This document shows positions 1 to 12,500 of a DNA stretch of 64,000 bases, piece by piece; position 1 is the first letter of the stretch; each line of letters starts with the position of its first letter. The notes beneath the pieces were generated by a model, which did not search any database, was not told the DNA's origin, and saw only the letters and a program-made list of their open reading frames with translations. This stretch comes from Lingula anatina (Eukaryota; Animalia; Brachiopoda), in NCBI GenBank assembly GCA_051362555.1, contig CM120649.1, positions 19,048,567 through 19,112,566 on the forward strand, given 5' to 3'. Position numbers and translations under genes: made by a program.

Positions 1-473
1 TAACCGAACCCCTGAGAACACCACTATTACTCGTAATTAACATCGGTGGCAATTTCCGATCCAAGTTCACCGGGCGGAAAACCGCGCCAAAAGCTCGTGA
101 ATAGATTCTTTTCTTCCCGACTTGAGACTCACGAAAAAGATTCGTGTTTTCGACCGAAGTTGCTTTTGTCTTCGGTAATGGAAGGAAACGGAGAGGAAAC
201 AGACTTCCATTGCTTGCTGTGCTGGTCTTATTATCTCGGGAAGAAAAGACTTGAAAGCGTTGTGAAATGGATTTTCGACTTGAAACACTGCGGCGACTTA
301 GGGTTCAGTCATTTCGTCAACGTGATACCCTGCTGTGCACGTTGCCGTAATCTACGCTCTTTAAAAACATTCTGAATAAATCATTAAAGAGGTTTAACCT
401 TCATTTTCCAGCGTATATTAAGCATATATTCATTGTCTTGTAAAGCTGACCACATGTCTTTCTGACTTTCTCT

Positions 474-476
<3 letters not shown>

Positions 477-538
<62 letters not shown>
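477..538. repeat. (TA)n microsatellite
   Basis: Direct read. Confidence 0.95.
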
Positions 539-540
<2 letters not shown>

Positions 541-934
541 TTTAATTTCCCCGTGTAGTGCTGTCTTGGGTCGGGCTTCTAGAATTTTTCACAGGTGCCA
601 GTGAGGGGCTGTTGTGTAATTTCAGTTTTTTTTCAATGGTTATTTTTATAATTTGACATTGTGCTTTCGTCATATCACTGGCGTTCTCTCCAATTAGCCT
701 TTGACACGAGATATACATGTGCCATCGGCAAATATTTTCACTGCTGTGCTTCATTCCTTAGCCGTGTGATGAAATCTCCTAACAAGCTCATTCCATGTTA
801 TTGATGAAGTAATTAATTATATCAATAATTGATTGATTAACTGATTACTTTATATCTATGCTTTGATTATCAATTTATGATATTGAGAATTGAGTTTTCC
901 TGGGGAGGTCTTCCCTCTCTGTTTGCGTTTTAGC

Positions 935-989
<55 letters not shown>

Positions 990-990
990 T
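935..990. repeat. (ATTT)n microsatellite
   Basis: Direct read. Confidence 0.95.
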
Positions 991-1168
991 CTAAATGAAG
1001 CTTATTTGTTAGATACTTATATGGTTATTTGGTTACTTACGTACTTAATTAGTAATTTAGTTATCAATACCGAGACCTTGAATCACTCACTTCCTTATTC
1101 ACGGACGATCAGACAGACACACGGACAGACGGACGGTCTGTCAAGAATCGTGCAATGTTTATTTACGA

Positions 1169-1212
<44 letters not shown>

Positions 1213-2786
1213 AAAAAGATACATATAGATAGACAGATTTGGCAATCTAAGTAATACATTTCATAACAGCGCACACTTTCATAACAGTACACAGTGTTAT
1301 AAAAGCCCGTATGGTTTCTAATCCCTGGTCACATATCTCCTGTTTATTAGTTGAATCTCGAACCACTTGTGAAAAGGATTAACCATCCGACGTGTTAATT
1401 CTCTTTGTTATAATTTTCAGGACGTGTCAATTGCCATAATCTAACCTGTTTATTTTGTAACTTTTGAATCAAATCTAGATTAGGTTTAGATACTTACCTG
1501 CGAAAATGTCTATGAAGTATTGCTTATTTATTTTACTTTCTGTTTTTCATTTATTCATGTTTCATTTCTCATTTATTCAATTCTTTATTTCGTTTATCTT
1601 TTATTCACCTTTTTTAAAGATAACCTTCACTGATTAATGGCGGCTGAGGAGCACGGTTTTCCCTTGAATGCAGTGATAATATGTACTTGAAATTCCATTT
1701 TACTAGAAGAACAGACACACGTAAAGCATTTCTCTTCAAATCCTGTTTATAGTCAAAGTGTATTTTGCGAATTTTAAGTCTACGAATTCTTAATCCAATG
1801 AGCAAATTTAATGCACTTAGTACTTTTATATCAACGCCAACTTCCTTGTCTTATTAGAACTTAAAGTTCTGTGTGAATCGTTTCTCTATATATTGAAAGT
1901 GGAAACAAATTCTGGTTTGAGTCAATAGATTAATGCGTGTACATTAATACACGTGATAGATTAAAAGATAATAGGCCTACATGTAGCACTCCCTAAATAT
2001 CAACACTATATTTCTGCACTAATACACGTAGGTGAATGAGTGAGTGAATGAATAAATGAATGGATACATTAATTAATGGATAGACAGAGGGACAAAGAGA
2101 CAAACAGAAAGACCGACGGATGCATGGATGGGTGAATGGAAAAAAAGTGAGTGGTAGCAAATATAGAAACAGTTGAGCAATAAATAAATAAATAGATAAA
2201 TAAATGTTATTCGTAAAGTATATCTAAAATCCTTATGTACGTCTTGCTATGAAATCATCCAGTATAAATTGTTGGAAAATTTTCGTCAAGAGTATATTGT
2301 GTGTGTGAATAATGTATCTGTCTGCAAGGTACGATATACTAAAAAAATCTTCAAAACACGAATCACAATGCTCTTAAACTGGCTGACATTAAGTAAGACA
2401 TTAAGTTTTCTCCTTTTCTTCTCAATTTGATCACTGATTTATTTAGTAATAAATGAAATAATCATGAGAGCAAAATTTACAGTAATAATGATCAGTGAAA
2501 GCAAGTTCAAAACAGCTATGTTTTACAACCCTTGCTTGTCTACGGTGAGTCTATTATCTATTTCTCTTAAACGAGATGGCAAAAATGCATTGCTTTGTAG
2601 GGAACAGTGATTTATGAACACTCTCTTATTTCTGTAAGGGACTAGACCTAACCAGCTTAACGTGCTTGCAGAAAATTATTTTAAAAGGAACGAGGTCCCT
2701 TATTCATAGGCAACAGAGGTTTACTAAAGTTTATGATTATAAAAACCAGTATAATAATAAAATAATAATAAAAAATATCCAATCAC

Positions 2787-2825
<39 letters not shown>

Positions 2826-2986
2826 GGAGGCAGTTCATATAAGCTGCCTTCACATGAAAAACCTAAATTCTAAAAACCTAAAAATCCATTGGCGGTATAA
2901 GTCAATCTTCTCCACTTACTTTAATGCATCATAATCTACTGTCACAATATTTCCCCACTGTTCCATGCCTGCCCCTCCAGCAGTAA

Positions 2987-3243
2987 GGACTCATTCCCAT
3001 TGAAACTATAGTTCTACATAGATCGATCCAACTCTCGCTGTTTGCAATCAGATTCACGGATTAACAAGACTCCTCTTTTTTCCAACGTACTCATATAATA
3101 AACCTCATATAATCGCCAGCTTTTCTGTAACTGACTCAACGCCAGGGGTAGGAGTGTTAATCTGTTAAACTATTACATTTCGAGAGTGTTTCTCGGAGTT
3201 GGATCGATTTACGTGGAACGATGGTTTCATTGGGAATGGGTCC
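2987..3243. mobile_element. PIF/Harbinger-type MITE, family H1
   Basis: TAA|GGACTCATTCCCA...TGGGAATGGGTCC|TAA; subterminal inverted GATCGATCCAAC; 3-bp TAA TSD. Confidence 0.8.
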
Positions 3244-3594
3244 TAATAATGGAGTGATGATCTGTGTAGTTTAGACACCTGGTGGAACACGTTCTTCTGT
3301 ACTGAAGTCAGATCGAAAAGTGACTTGTTGGGGAAATTATTCTTTTTTTCTTTTTTAATATCTAGAGTAGATCAAACGTAACATGATCTACACAGGGTCT
3401 ACGTCTGGCTTTCAGTTGCAAACTTCACATTGAGGTTTATAATAACTAATCATGTATTCAGGGAAGTATGCGGATAGATTGTTGATCAAAGAAATAATTA
3501 GGATCAAAGCGAGGCTATTAGACGGATGTGATTAGAGCAGTGCCTAATTAATGTCAATTGTACCCCGTACATTGACACTGTTGTTGAAGTCATA

Positions 3595-3808
3595 GGGCGC
3601 ATTCCCATAGATTTTAGATCGATCTATCCCCGTGGGTAGTCTCACTAGATTACTGTCAGATAATCCGGCTTAAATGTCCGTCCCGCCTACTACAAGCTGT
3701 AAGGGGGTAGTTAACTTTTGTGCCCGCTCGGCTGACAGCTATTTAGCGGGAACCCCCAGGGAGTTAGGTCGATCTAGTTGGATCGATCTAATCTCTGGGA
3801 ATGGGGCC
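3595..3808 (+). mobile_element. Harbinger-type MITE, family H2, copy 1
   Basis: GGGCGCATTCCCA...TGGGAATGGGGCC; close reverse-complement match to 43682-43907 and 59240-59454. Confidence 0.85.
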
Positions 3809-3924
3809 TTAAATGTAGATTGTGGATATTATTTATTTTGTCATCTTCCTTTTATCAACTGTAAATTGTTCGTTTCGAATCGCTTTTAATTAAAAGAGTT
3901 CATGTATCGCGATATGCCTCTCAG

Positions 3925-3925
<1 letters not shown>

Positions 3926-3976
<51 letters not shown>
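3926..3976. repeat. (ATT)n microsatellite
   Basis: Direct read. Further (ATT)n tracts at 17577-17628 and 41610-41728. Confidence 0.95.
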
Positions 3977-4799
3977 GAACAAGACTTTGACAATAAAACA
4001 TGAGAAGACACCTGGTCTTAAGAAACGACACTCAATCTCCGATGACTTGAATGACAAAAGGTTGTTTTTTATTGACTCTAAATAATATTTATCCAAGTTC
4101 ATAGTGAGCTTTTCAATTCTCTAATACAGAGGAAGAAAGGCGAAGAAAGGGGGAGTCAGAATACCCGGCCTTATCGTGATCTGCGTATGACTAGGGACAT
4201 CATAGTAAAGCTAACAGTATTTATGCTGCGGCGTTCTGCTGTGATAAACTCTTGCTCATTGAAAATAACACTTTTGTCAACCAACACAAAACCAGCCACC
4301 GCGCATTTGGCACCGTGTATAGATCAGAGTTGAGAAGTCTGCGAACCCGCCTTGTTCGACAAACCCATATTGTAGCTCGTTCAAATAAAAGAAAAAAATC
4401 CCCCGCGCGTATTCAATTTAACAAACATAATGGCCATCAAACATGCATTGACATCGCAACACAAGCGACATTGTCGATCTTTTGATGCGATTTAACTAAA
4501 GACGCATTCTGCGCGGTTACTCAGCCTGTCGACCCCGAACCCTTTGAATTTCAATACAGGTCGCAGCTAAACTACCTTTTATGGGTCTATCTTTTTCATG
4601 GGGTTTAGTCTCTTTTATCCACGGCCCCAAAGCGTGTAACTCCGATCGAGAAAAACAGAGGACAAACATGTATTATGAATTGGTATCTCGCCGTGAAATG
4701 ATATTGTGCTCAGAGAGGGTCATTTTTGTCAAACAGGTGGGGGAACGGGGGGGAAAAAGAATGGCATAGCGATACAAAGCAGGGTATGCATTAGAAGAA

Positions 4800-5110
4800 T
4801 AGAAGGACAGGAGTTAGCTGGCTGACAATGGAAGGGAGGAGAATAGCTCAGCAGCAGGTAGAAAGCGTCAAGAATAGCGTTGTTGTGGTATAAACCCGGG
4901 GAGGCAGTTTGGGCACAATACCCCAGGAATAATCCGTGCTATTGTCCGCCATTGTGAGCGCGTCAGAGAGAGGCGTAATGAATAGTATTGTGCCCAATGC
5001 CCTTTATTGATCCGCTTTCAGCTAGCATTGTTCCTTAACTAATGAAATCTACAACAATTGACAATAGAGGCTACACACTCGCCCATTCAGCCCCGTGCTT
5101 GTTTTGTCAG
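4800..5110. promoter_or_regulatory. Candidate SoxB2 downstream enhancer/CNE (Sox-site cluster)
   Basis: Eight ACAAT/ATTGT cores (4825, 4915, 4941, 4951, 4987, 5027, 5054, 5061) in ~240 bp of repeat-free, relatively GC-rich sequence. Confidence 0.55.
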
Positions 5111-8100
5111 GGTGAAAATTGGAAATCATTCCATATTACCACGAGTTTAACACCGTTGAGAAAGAGAAAGAATGGCAGAAACCACTCGGGTGCGAGGAGG
5201 CTGAGAGCGCTTTTCTTCTCTGAATAGGAGTAAATGCACCCCGCTTTGAAAAGGCCACTTCACAGCAGAAATATAGAGAAGTAAAGAGAACGCTACTGAG
5301 ATATCTCCTCTCACCACAATTCCCCTGTCGTTTCTGAAATCTGCAATTAGCGACAGGTTTAAGTTTCTTCCCGAGAAAGTGAACGCTCCAAGATGAGCGG
5401 AGTGTCGTCTGCCTGGGTTTTCTTTCTATGCAAACGCTGTATTCTACCTGTACTGCTTCAAATGGCAGGAATAACATATCGTGCATTAGTGAATGTCCCA
5501 TTTGCTTGATGAACAGACGCAATTAGCAAACAGCGCGTTCTTTATGTTATAGCAAATAAGTATATAATTGCCAAGATTAGCAAGCAGCGTCGAGGAAAAA
5601 GTGCGTTTTTTATTCATCTTTTTACGCATGTTTTGTGATTTACGTGAAAAAGAAACAATCAATTGAATCATGCTTCTTTCTTTCAAAACAAGCAGTCGGG
5701 CAAGAACCGCTATTATTTGTCGAAGTTTTTTATATAGTCGATATCAACATTGTATTCACAAATGTTAGCTACTCGCTAGGAGGAGATGTCTTAATTGCTA
5801 CAAAAGACATTCTTTAACTTTTGCTTCCTTCAGAGATGGGGAGTGATAATAATTCAAGCTTTTACAGAAATAAATAATTATGAAAAGTCTGGAACATCTT
5901 ATTTATATATACAACCACATATCTAAATAATGTTTTGGTGAGTTATGTATTCAACACAATAAGTTTAATCAGTTGACAAAAAATAAGAAATTGTGAAACC
6001 CACATTCATTCAGGCAGTTAAAGAAGTTTTTTCTGGTCAGTGAAGATGTCAGGCAATACAGTTATACAAGAATGTCAACGTGTTACCCTTCATCCAGGCA
6101 ATTAAAATGAGTTGTTGTTTTTTTTTCTTCTAGTGTGGTTAGGTGACAAAGAGAATCATCAGACCCCTACAGAAAAAAAGGAATATCACGGTGCTGTTCT
6201 TCATCCAGACATTTTACAAAATTATCTTTCTTTGTTTTTCTGGATAGGCCAGAAGACGGAGAAAAAAAAACAAAACAATTATACAACCACCGAAACGGAT
6301 TATCCGCGTCTTTCTTCACTCTCCGTGTAAGAACTTCAAGAAGCGTGAGAACTGATCGATCATGTAGTAGAAAATAATTATGGTAGTACATATTTCCTCT
6401 TTCTCCCTGCCATCTCGTAGTACGCACGGGCAGCTCAGGCCGGGATTAAGTATTATGGAGAAAACTAAACCGATTTCTGACGACAATAAAAGAAAGAATA
6501 TGTCATAGTTGTAGGTTTATAATCCTGTCACGGATGATCCCCAAAACATTCATTCATGGTACATGTATTAGCAAATATGTGTGTCATCTCACCCCCAGTT
6601 CAAGTTAATAATCAATATGTAAAATCGTTTATGTTTTTTACTTTTCCTTTAACTGATTTGACCTTTCATTTTTACGTATTCGTTATTCGGGGTATCATGA
6701 CTAGACTCTATGTATAGTTTGCTTGTATTGTACGCATTCATCCTTTATTCCCAACCATATTAGTAATCAAGTTATGACTAATCACAAAACGGAGAAGAGC
6801 TTGTACACATACTGTTTATGTTAAAATACAAGGAAATAAGGGATAATTTCAAGTAATACTATTATGTTTGAATATGATCAGTAAATATACACATTTAAAT
6901 AGTCAGTTGATACTAGAAGAAGGGAACGATCTGTCTGTTTGTTCATATTATATAAAATATGTAATGTTTTTTTTATTGCATATTCAGACCAGGGAGATTG
7001 CTGCACAGTATAATACCAGCGTTCTGTCCTTCTAAAGAGAAGCACAAACGCCATTCAAGGGACTAATGACACTCAGGAAAAATCTGTTGATTTTCTTAGA
7101 ACAATAATTTGACGATTTATTCCCGTTCTTTTCTGTGGGCAAAGATCGATGCTGCGTGAGAAGTTTTCACAAGTGGCTGACATAACAGAGTATATAAGAA
7201 ATATTCGAATAATTTTGTGGTGAATTTTGAGAAAAGATTTAGCACTGCAGGGAGGATTATTAGATGAACGAGAGGACGCCAATTAACACTGTACATAACT
7301 TCCACCGCATTATATGTTTAACACGTTAATTTAGTACAATGTACGAGCAATTTCAAGGCTCCACACGTTCATTCATCAAATGGCTAGGAAGTTGTTTAGA
7401 TGGTGCGGCTGTTGGCTTGTTAAACTATATGACAACGTTATTTGATAAATTGGGCTTAACAAATGCAGTTCTGTAAACATTTGACTGCATTGTAAAGATA
7501 TCTTTTTTCGGTATGCACATACATACCATTGTGTCTTTGCTCAAACATATGCTAGGTGTACGAGATACGAATTTTGCATATTTTTTTTTTTTTTTTGGTG
7601 TAAGTGTCAATATCTATTTTATTGTATATTTATATTTTATTGTCTCGTGTTCTTTAAACGTCGAGGTAACAACAATAAAACAACAATTCACGCTTTAGGT
7701 TTTGTCTACGCTCTTGAACACAGAAATCGTTTCGTAATTTTCAAAATAGGTATATTTAAACTTTGAGTTATCTGGCTTAAAATCATGTTACCGCACTTAA
7801 CGTGAGCGGGGGTGGGCTCAGCGGGCCCCCTGACAATTACCTCTAAACGTCCTAATTGTCCTAGTAAACAACCCACAAACAGAGCGCTGTCATCTCTGTA
7901 GAACAGTCCTATTACATCCGATTAGAATGGGGCCATTATTTCCCCTACAAAATGCCAACAAGATGCTATCTGTTGTTCCATTCTCCCTGCATTGTTGCGA
8001 CGAGGGAGTCAAATCATGGAGAACAATGCCGGATCCATTTCCAGAGAATTCAGTAATTATCCTTGTTGTAAGAGATGGCGTAAGTAATGTGCTATATTAA

Positions 8101-10244
8101 CTGCCTTGTGTTAGCGTGAAAAGGTTAAGGGGAAAGCGGAGGGGGAGGGGGGAAGGGGAGTGGTACAAACCACCTGGACCATTGAAAATTTTTACTAGAT
8201 ATCCATAATTTTTTAACTAGTTATTCACACATTTTTATATCCACAGATTATTTTTCTAGAGACTCCCTTTTTCACTAGATATTGACTCATTTCTCTGGCT
8301 AATTCTGCACACATATCTGTACAGTACGAATTTTTGCACATAATTTCAGAAATGACGTCACCATCCCATTGACCTCTGCTGTAAGGAGGGGGAGGATGTC
8401 TGATATTGGGCATTACCACCCCCGGGGACCTGTTGAACTGTACAAGGGCCAGAATCAGTGACGTGGCCCAATGTTAACTTTGTAAATTAAGTGTGCAAAA
8501 GCTTTAGTTTTTTGGCTCATCATTTTGACTTCCGGTTCAAATCAAACTTGAAAGGACAACATTTTCTTTGGATTGCTTTTTTAATATTTTATTTTCTGTT
8601 TACTTGAATATTCTCTCTCTCTCTCTCTTTCTCTCTCTTTAATCACAATTAATTTCATAAGCTCTCTTATCCAAAAGAAAAGAGCAGCATACAAGATGTG
8701 TTGACCGGTTTTTAGGTTTAATCAGAGAATATGCCGCAAGATTGTGAAAAAAAAACAAAAAAAAAAAAACTGCAGTCTTTTATGTGACAGCACCATCTCA
8801 TTAAATTAAATTAATTAATTTATTTATTCATTTATTTATTTATTTATTTATTGCAAACTGCAATTAACAATATAACTTCTGCTGTAAATTATGCTGCAAA
8901 TTTAATCTTAATTATCGAAATAATACATATTGAGCCGCTATTGAAGACTAATGAAGCTTGATCCACAAGAATCCCCTCCATTCACTGCGTGTGTAAATCC
9001 ACCTTTTGTGCCCACACTCAAAACTGGACAGATCTCAACAACAAAACAAGTTCAGAACACAGTTGTGCTTTGCCACCTCGCCTCTTCCACGCTGAATTGT
9101 CTAGATAAGTTGTGTGGAGAGAGAACAAGAATTTTGACACTGCACGTGACTTTTGAACCGCTGGGCTCCACCCCTCAACATTTGTATTATCCTTAATGCA
9201 TCTATTCCGCGTGGTTAGTGTCGTTAATCATACAGTTGTTACGTCATAATTGGTGAGAATCGCCCCACCGTTTACACGGTAAAATGGTCTGGTATAATGG
9301 GATCGGTAAGGCAATAGGAGTCGTTATGGACCTTGGCGAAATTCCCTTATTTTTCTCAGCGAAGGTCAACTTAATTCATCAGTGTTGTAACAATGTGGCA
9401 GGCAAATCCGTTTTGGATGACAATGCCTTTTCTAGTTTTTGGCACGTAATTTTGTGATAACTATTACTGTGCCCCGGTGTCATAGTTTATAATGGTACAT
9501 ATTAAAGACTTTCTGTGCAAAAATAACTGATGGTTTAATAAGATTATACGAAATGTATTAATTGATTTTTAGCTAAAAAAAACAGATTATTTTGCATGAG
9601 AGATCTGCCCTAATATTTGGGACTGTTTGTCTAAACATCGTTTATTTTTTTACGAATAAAAGGAAGCTATGTATGCAGGAAGACAGTTTTTATTTAAACG
9701 ATTCTATGATGTGACTGAGAATATGCTCCTTTTAAGAATTTTCAAAAGACAGGTACATGTTCAAACAATTCATAATTTTTGTTACTATGAGCATCTAAAA
9801 TGGATTTGCTTTGTAATTTTTTTTCTATTTTCCCATGTGATGTGGGTCTCAAAAAATGAGCCCTAGGTGTGATAGAGTGAAAATATCATTCAGTTGAACG
9901 CAAGGGTAAATGCCTCGTGTTCCTGACCACAAACAATGCCTTATAATTATGTTGTAATTATCAATGAATGAAAAGCCCAAACACTTGAGGACTAATTTAT
10001 ATAGCGTCAGCTTGGGCTGAAAACACGAACACGGTATAAGTCACACAATCATGTTGTCTTCATGTGATCGCACTATAATAGCTTCATATGATCAAACACG
10101 GATGCGATTATTAGCGGGTCAACATCAGTGTTTTCCTCTGAATAGATGATCAAATTGTGGCTTGAGCATTCATCGAATATACTGTTTGTATAGTAAGAGT
10201 TAACCTTAGTGCACCGGTGGCAAAGAGGTGTTCTGTTCGCGTAT

Positions 10245-10362
10245 CAGGCCCGTATACAGACACTTTTTTGCACTTTGATCAATTTTTACCCAGAATGGAC
10301 CTTTTCCTGGCAAAAAGGGTGGTTCTTTCTAACTCCCCGAATCTCCTCTGGCTACGGGCCTG
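10245..10362 (+). mobile_element. MITE family F2, internally deleted copy
   Basis: CAGGCCCGTA...TACGGGCCTG TIRs; homologous to 26488-26657; TSD not recognisable. Confidence 0.7.
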
Positions 10363-11459
10363 AATAATTTATGAAGTTTTTTTATATAAGAAATTTTAAT
10401 TCCAAACATAACTGTGGAGTTCTATGCGGTGTTTCTTATAAATGAATATATATACGCAATTACATTTGTATAACATCAACCTTTTGGTTGCCAGGCTTAA
10501 TAAATTTATTTATAATATTATTTCGAAGAAAATAAAATCACCGAAGAGGTGTTACTAAACCACAATAGGTATTTTGAGACATCTTTGTAGAAAAGGGGAA
10601 GATCATGACTTCCTACCTTGTAGGAACAAAAGGAAAATAAGATTAGGCATTTTTAAAGTGGATTCATTTGTTGTTCTCTTTTTGTGGAATCCAGTTTTCT
10701 AATTTTTTTCTTCTAATGGTTATGGTTTTATAGGTGTAAATATTACATAGATAAAGACAGCAAAACCAGAAATTCACAGTAAAATTTTTCACGATATTCG
10801 GGCATGTTCAGCGGGTTTATCGCTCAATCTTATGGAATATGAAATCCTCGTCTACTTCTCCCGGTTACACCGACATGAGATTATTTTTAGGTCGCTTTTT
10901 TTTCCAAACCAGCACCCGCCGTCATATTAAAGCAGAATTATATACGACGTAACTGTTAATTCCGTGTAGACCATACGGAAACAAAAAGCCAACCCACATA
11001 CAAATCTGAAAACTATAACAAACATCGACTAATTAGCAGAAAATATTTTTGGAACGGACATGAAGCGATTACGGTTGGAAGATTGTCTGTGAATGAGATC
11101 TGCATGTACTTTTTTATAATCAAATATAAGAGATTAAAATAGTATTGTAGATATTTAATTTAGTGTGTGTGTGTTTGTGACTGAGAGAGAGAGAGAGAGA
11201 GAGGAGTTACCTAGGGTGGACAGAAGATGACAATATTATCTTTTGATAGCGAAGAGAGGAGAGGGGTAAAAGGACAAGAAAGGAAAGAAAGAGGGAAGAA
11301 ATGATGGAGGACATAATGGACGAGAAAATGGTTTAAGTCTTTAATAATGAAACGTGGGTGGAAATAATGGTTAACAAAGATAGAGAGAGAGAGAGGGGCG
11401 CTGAGGACCCCAGTAAACGACTTCGTGTTACTACTCTTTCCGGTTGAAATCCTCAGCAA

Positions 11460-12500
11460 AACGGTCCATAAAGGCCCCCTAATAAAATCACATAATTGAT
11501 ATTGGTTATTCTGTTCATATTTTCCAAGTCTTGTGGCGTTTCCGACCAAGGCAGCCAAGCGAAAATTCCATAAGTCATGTTGGACGAAAGAACAGAATAG
11601 GGTCTCAAAGCAACTTCAATGGAAAACCCTCTCCGCGCCTATACCGGGTAAACAATCCCCGTGTTGCCCCGCTGCTAAATATTTACCGCGCTTTGTCCCG
11701 GCGAACCTGTGTTTTTGTCCTGCCGATTGTGCGCGGTTACAATACAATTGTTCGCGGTGCACCCGGGGGTATGCAGATAATAGGTTATTACCACACCTCT
11801 ACATTCAGGCCGACCTTTTCACATCAACTTAGTATATTTATTCATTCTCTAGCTCTGGCATTCACGCTTTGTTATTGGTTGTATGGTGAGGCTTTTGAGC
11901 GCCATCATGGGCATATTAACGCCTTTATTCCGCCTTCAGTGGCCTCTATTCTTGCAGTCTTAGCTTTTAAAACCTGGGCATTTGTGTGTGCGCAAGCCCG
12001 ATTCATTACTCATGTATTTTTTATTATATTGTTATTCTTCGTTGTTATCCTACCAGTGAGCTATTGTCGTCTATTGGGCGACTATACAGTCTCGGACAAA
12101 GAGTTATAGAGCGACTTGCTTAACTGACTACAATGCTCCACTCCAAATGGAATCTCGCGAAAGAAAGGCCGCATTTTCCTCGCCTTTGTTCCGGGGGCTT
12201 GTCAATTTAGGCTCGGGTTCCCGCCTATTCAATGCGACCAAATCTGCTTCAGTATGAACAAGCGGCAATAAAGAATGCGATGCTAGAACCGTGTCCGACA
12301 AAACAGGCTCTAAGACCTCTCACACCCCTCTATATCTCCTCTCATGACCCCCGAATTTGCCCCACAATATTAAGCGCAATATTCCATTGCGTTTTTTTTT
12401 TTTTTTTTTTATTAAAAGACTCGTCCCGTGGCCGTCAACAGCCTTGTTATGAGTGCCTTCAATCCCGTATATAAGCACTCCACTTGGTGTTAAGTCGCGT
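11460..12500. promoter_or_regulatory. Candidate SoxB2 3'-proximal enhancer (CpG-rich)
   Basis: CpG-rich unique block 3-4 kb downstream of the stop codon, with multiple ACAAT/ATTGT/CTTTGTT motifs. Confidence 0.4.

Noticed and set aside
11531-12109. 192-aa ORF
   Set aside because: Non-ATG start, no recognisable domain, no splice support; better explained by a CpG-rich non-coding island.
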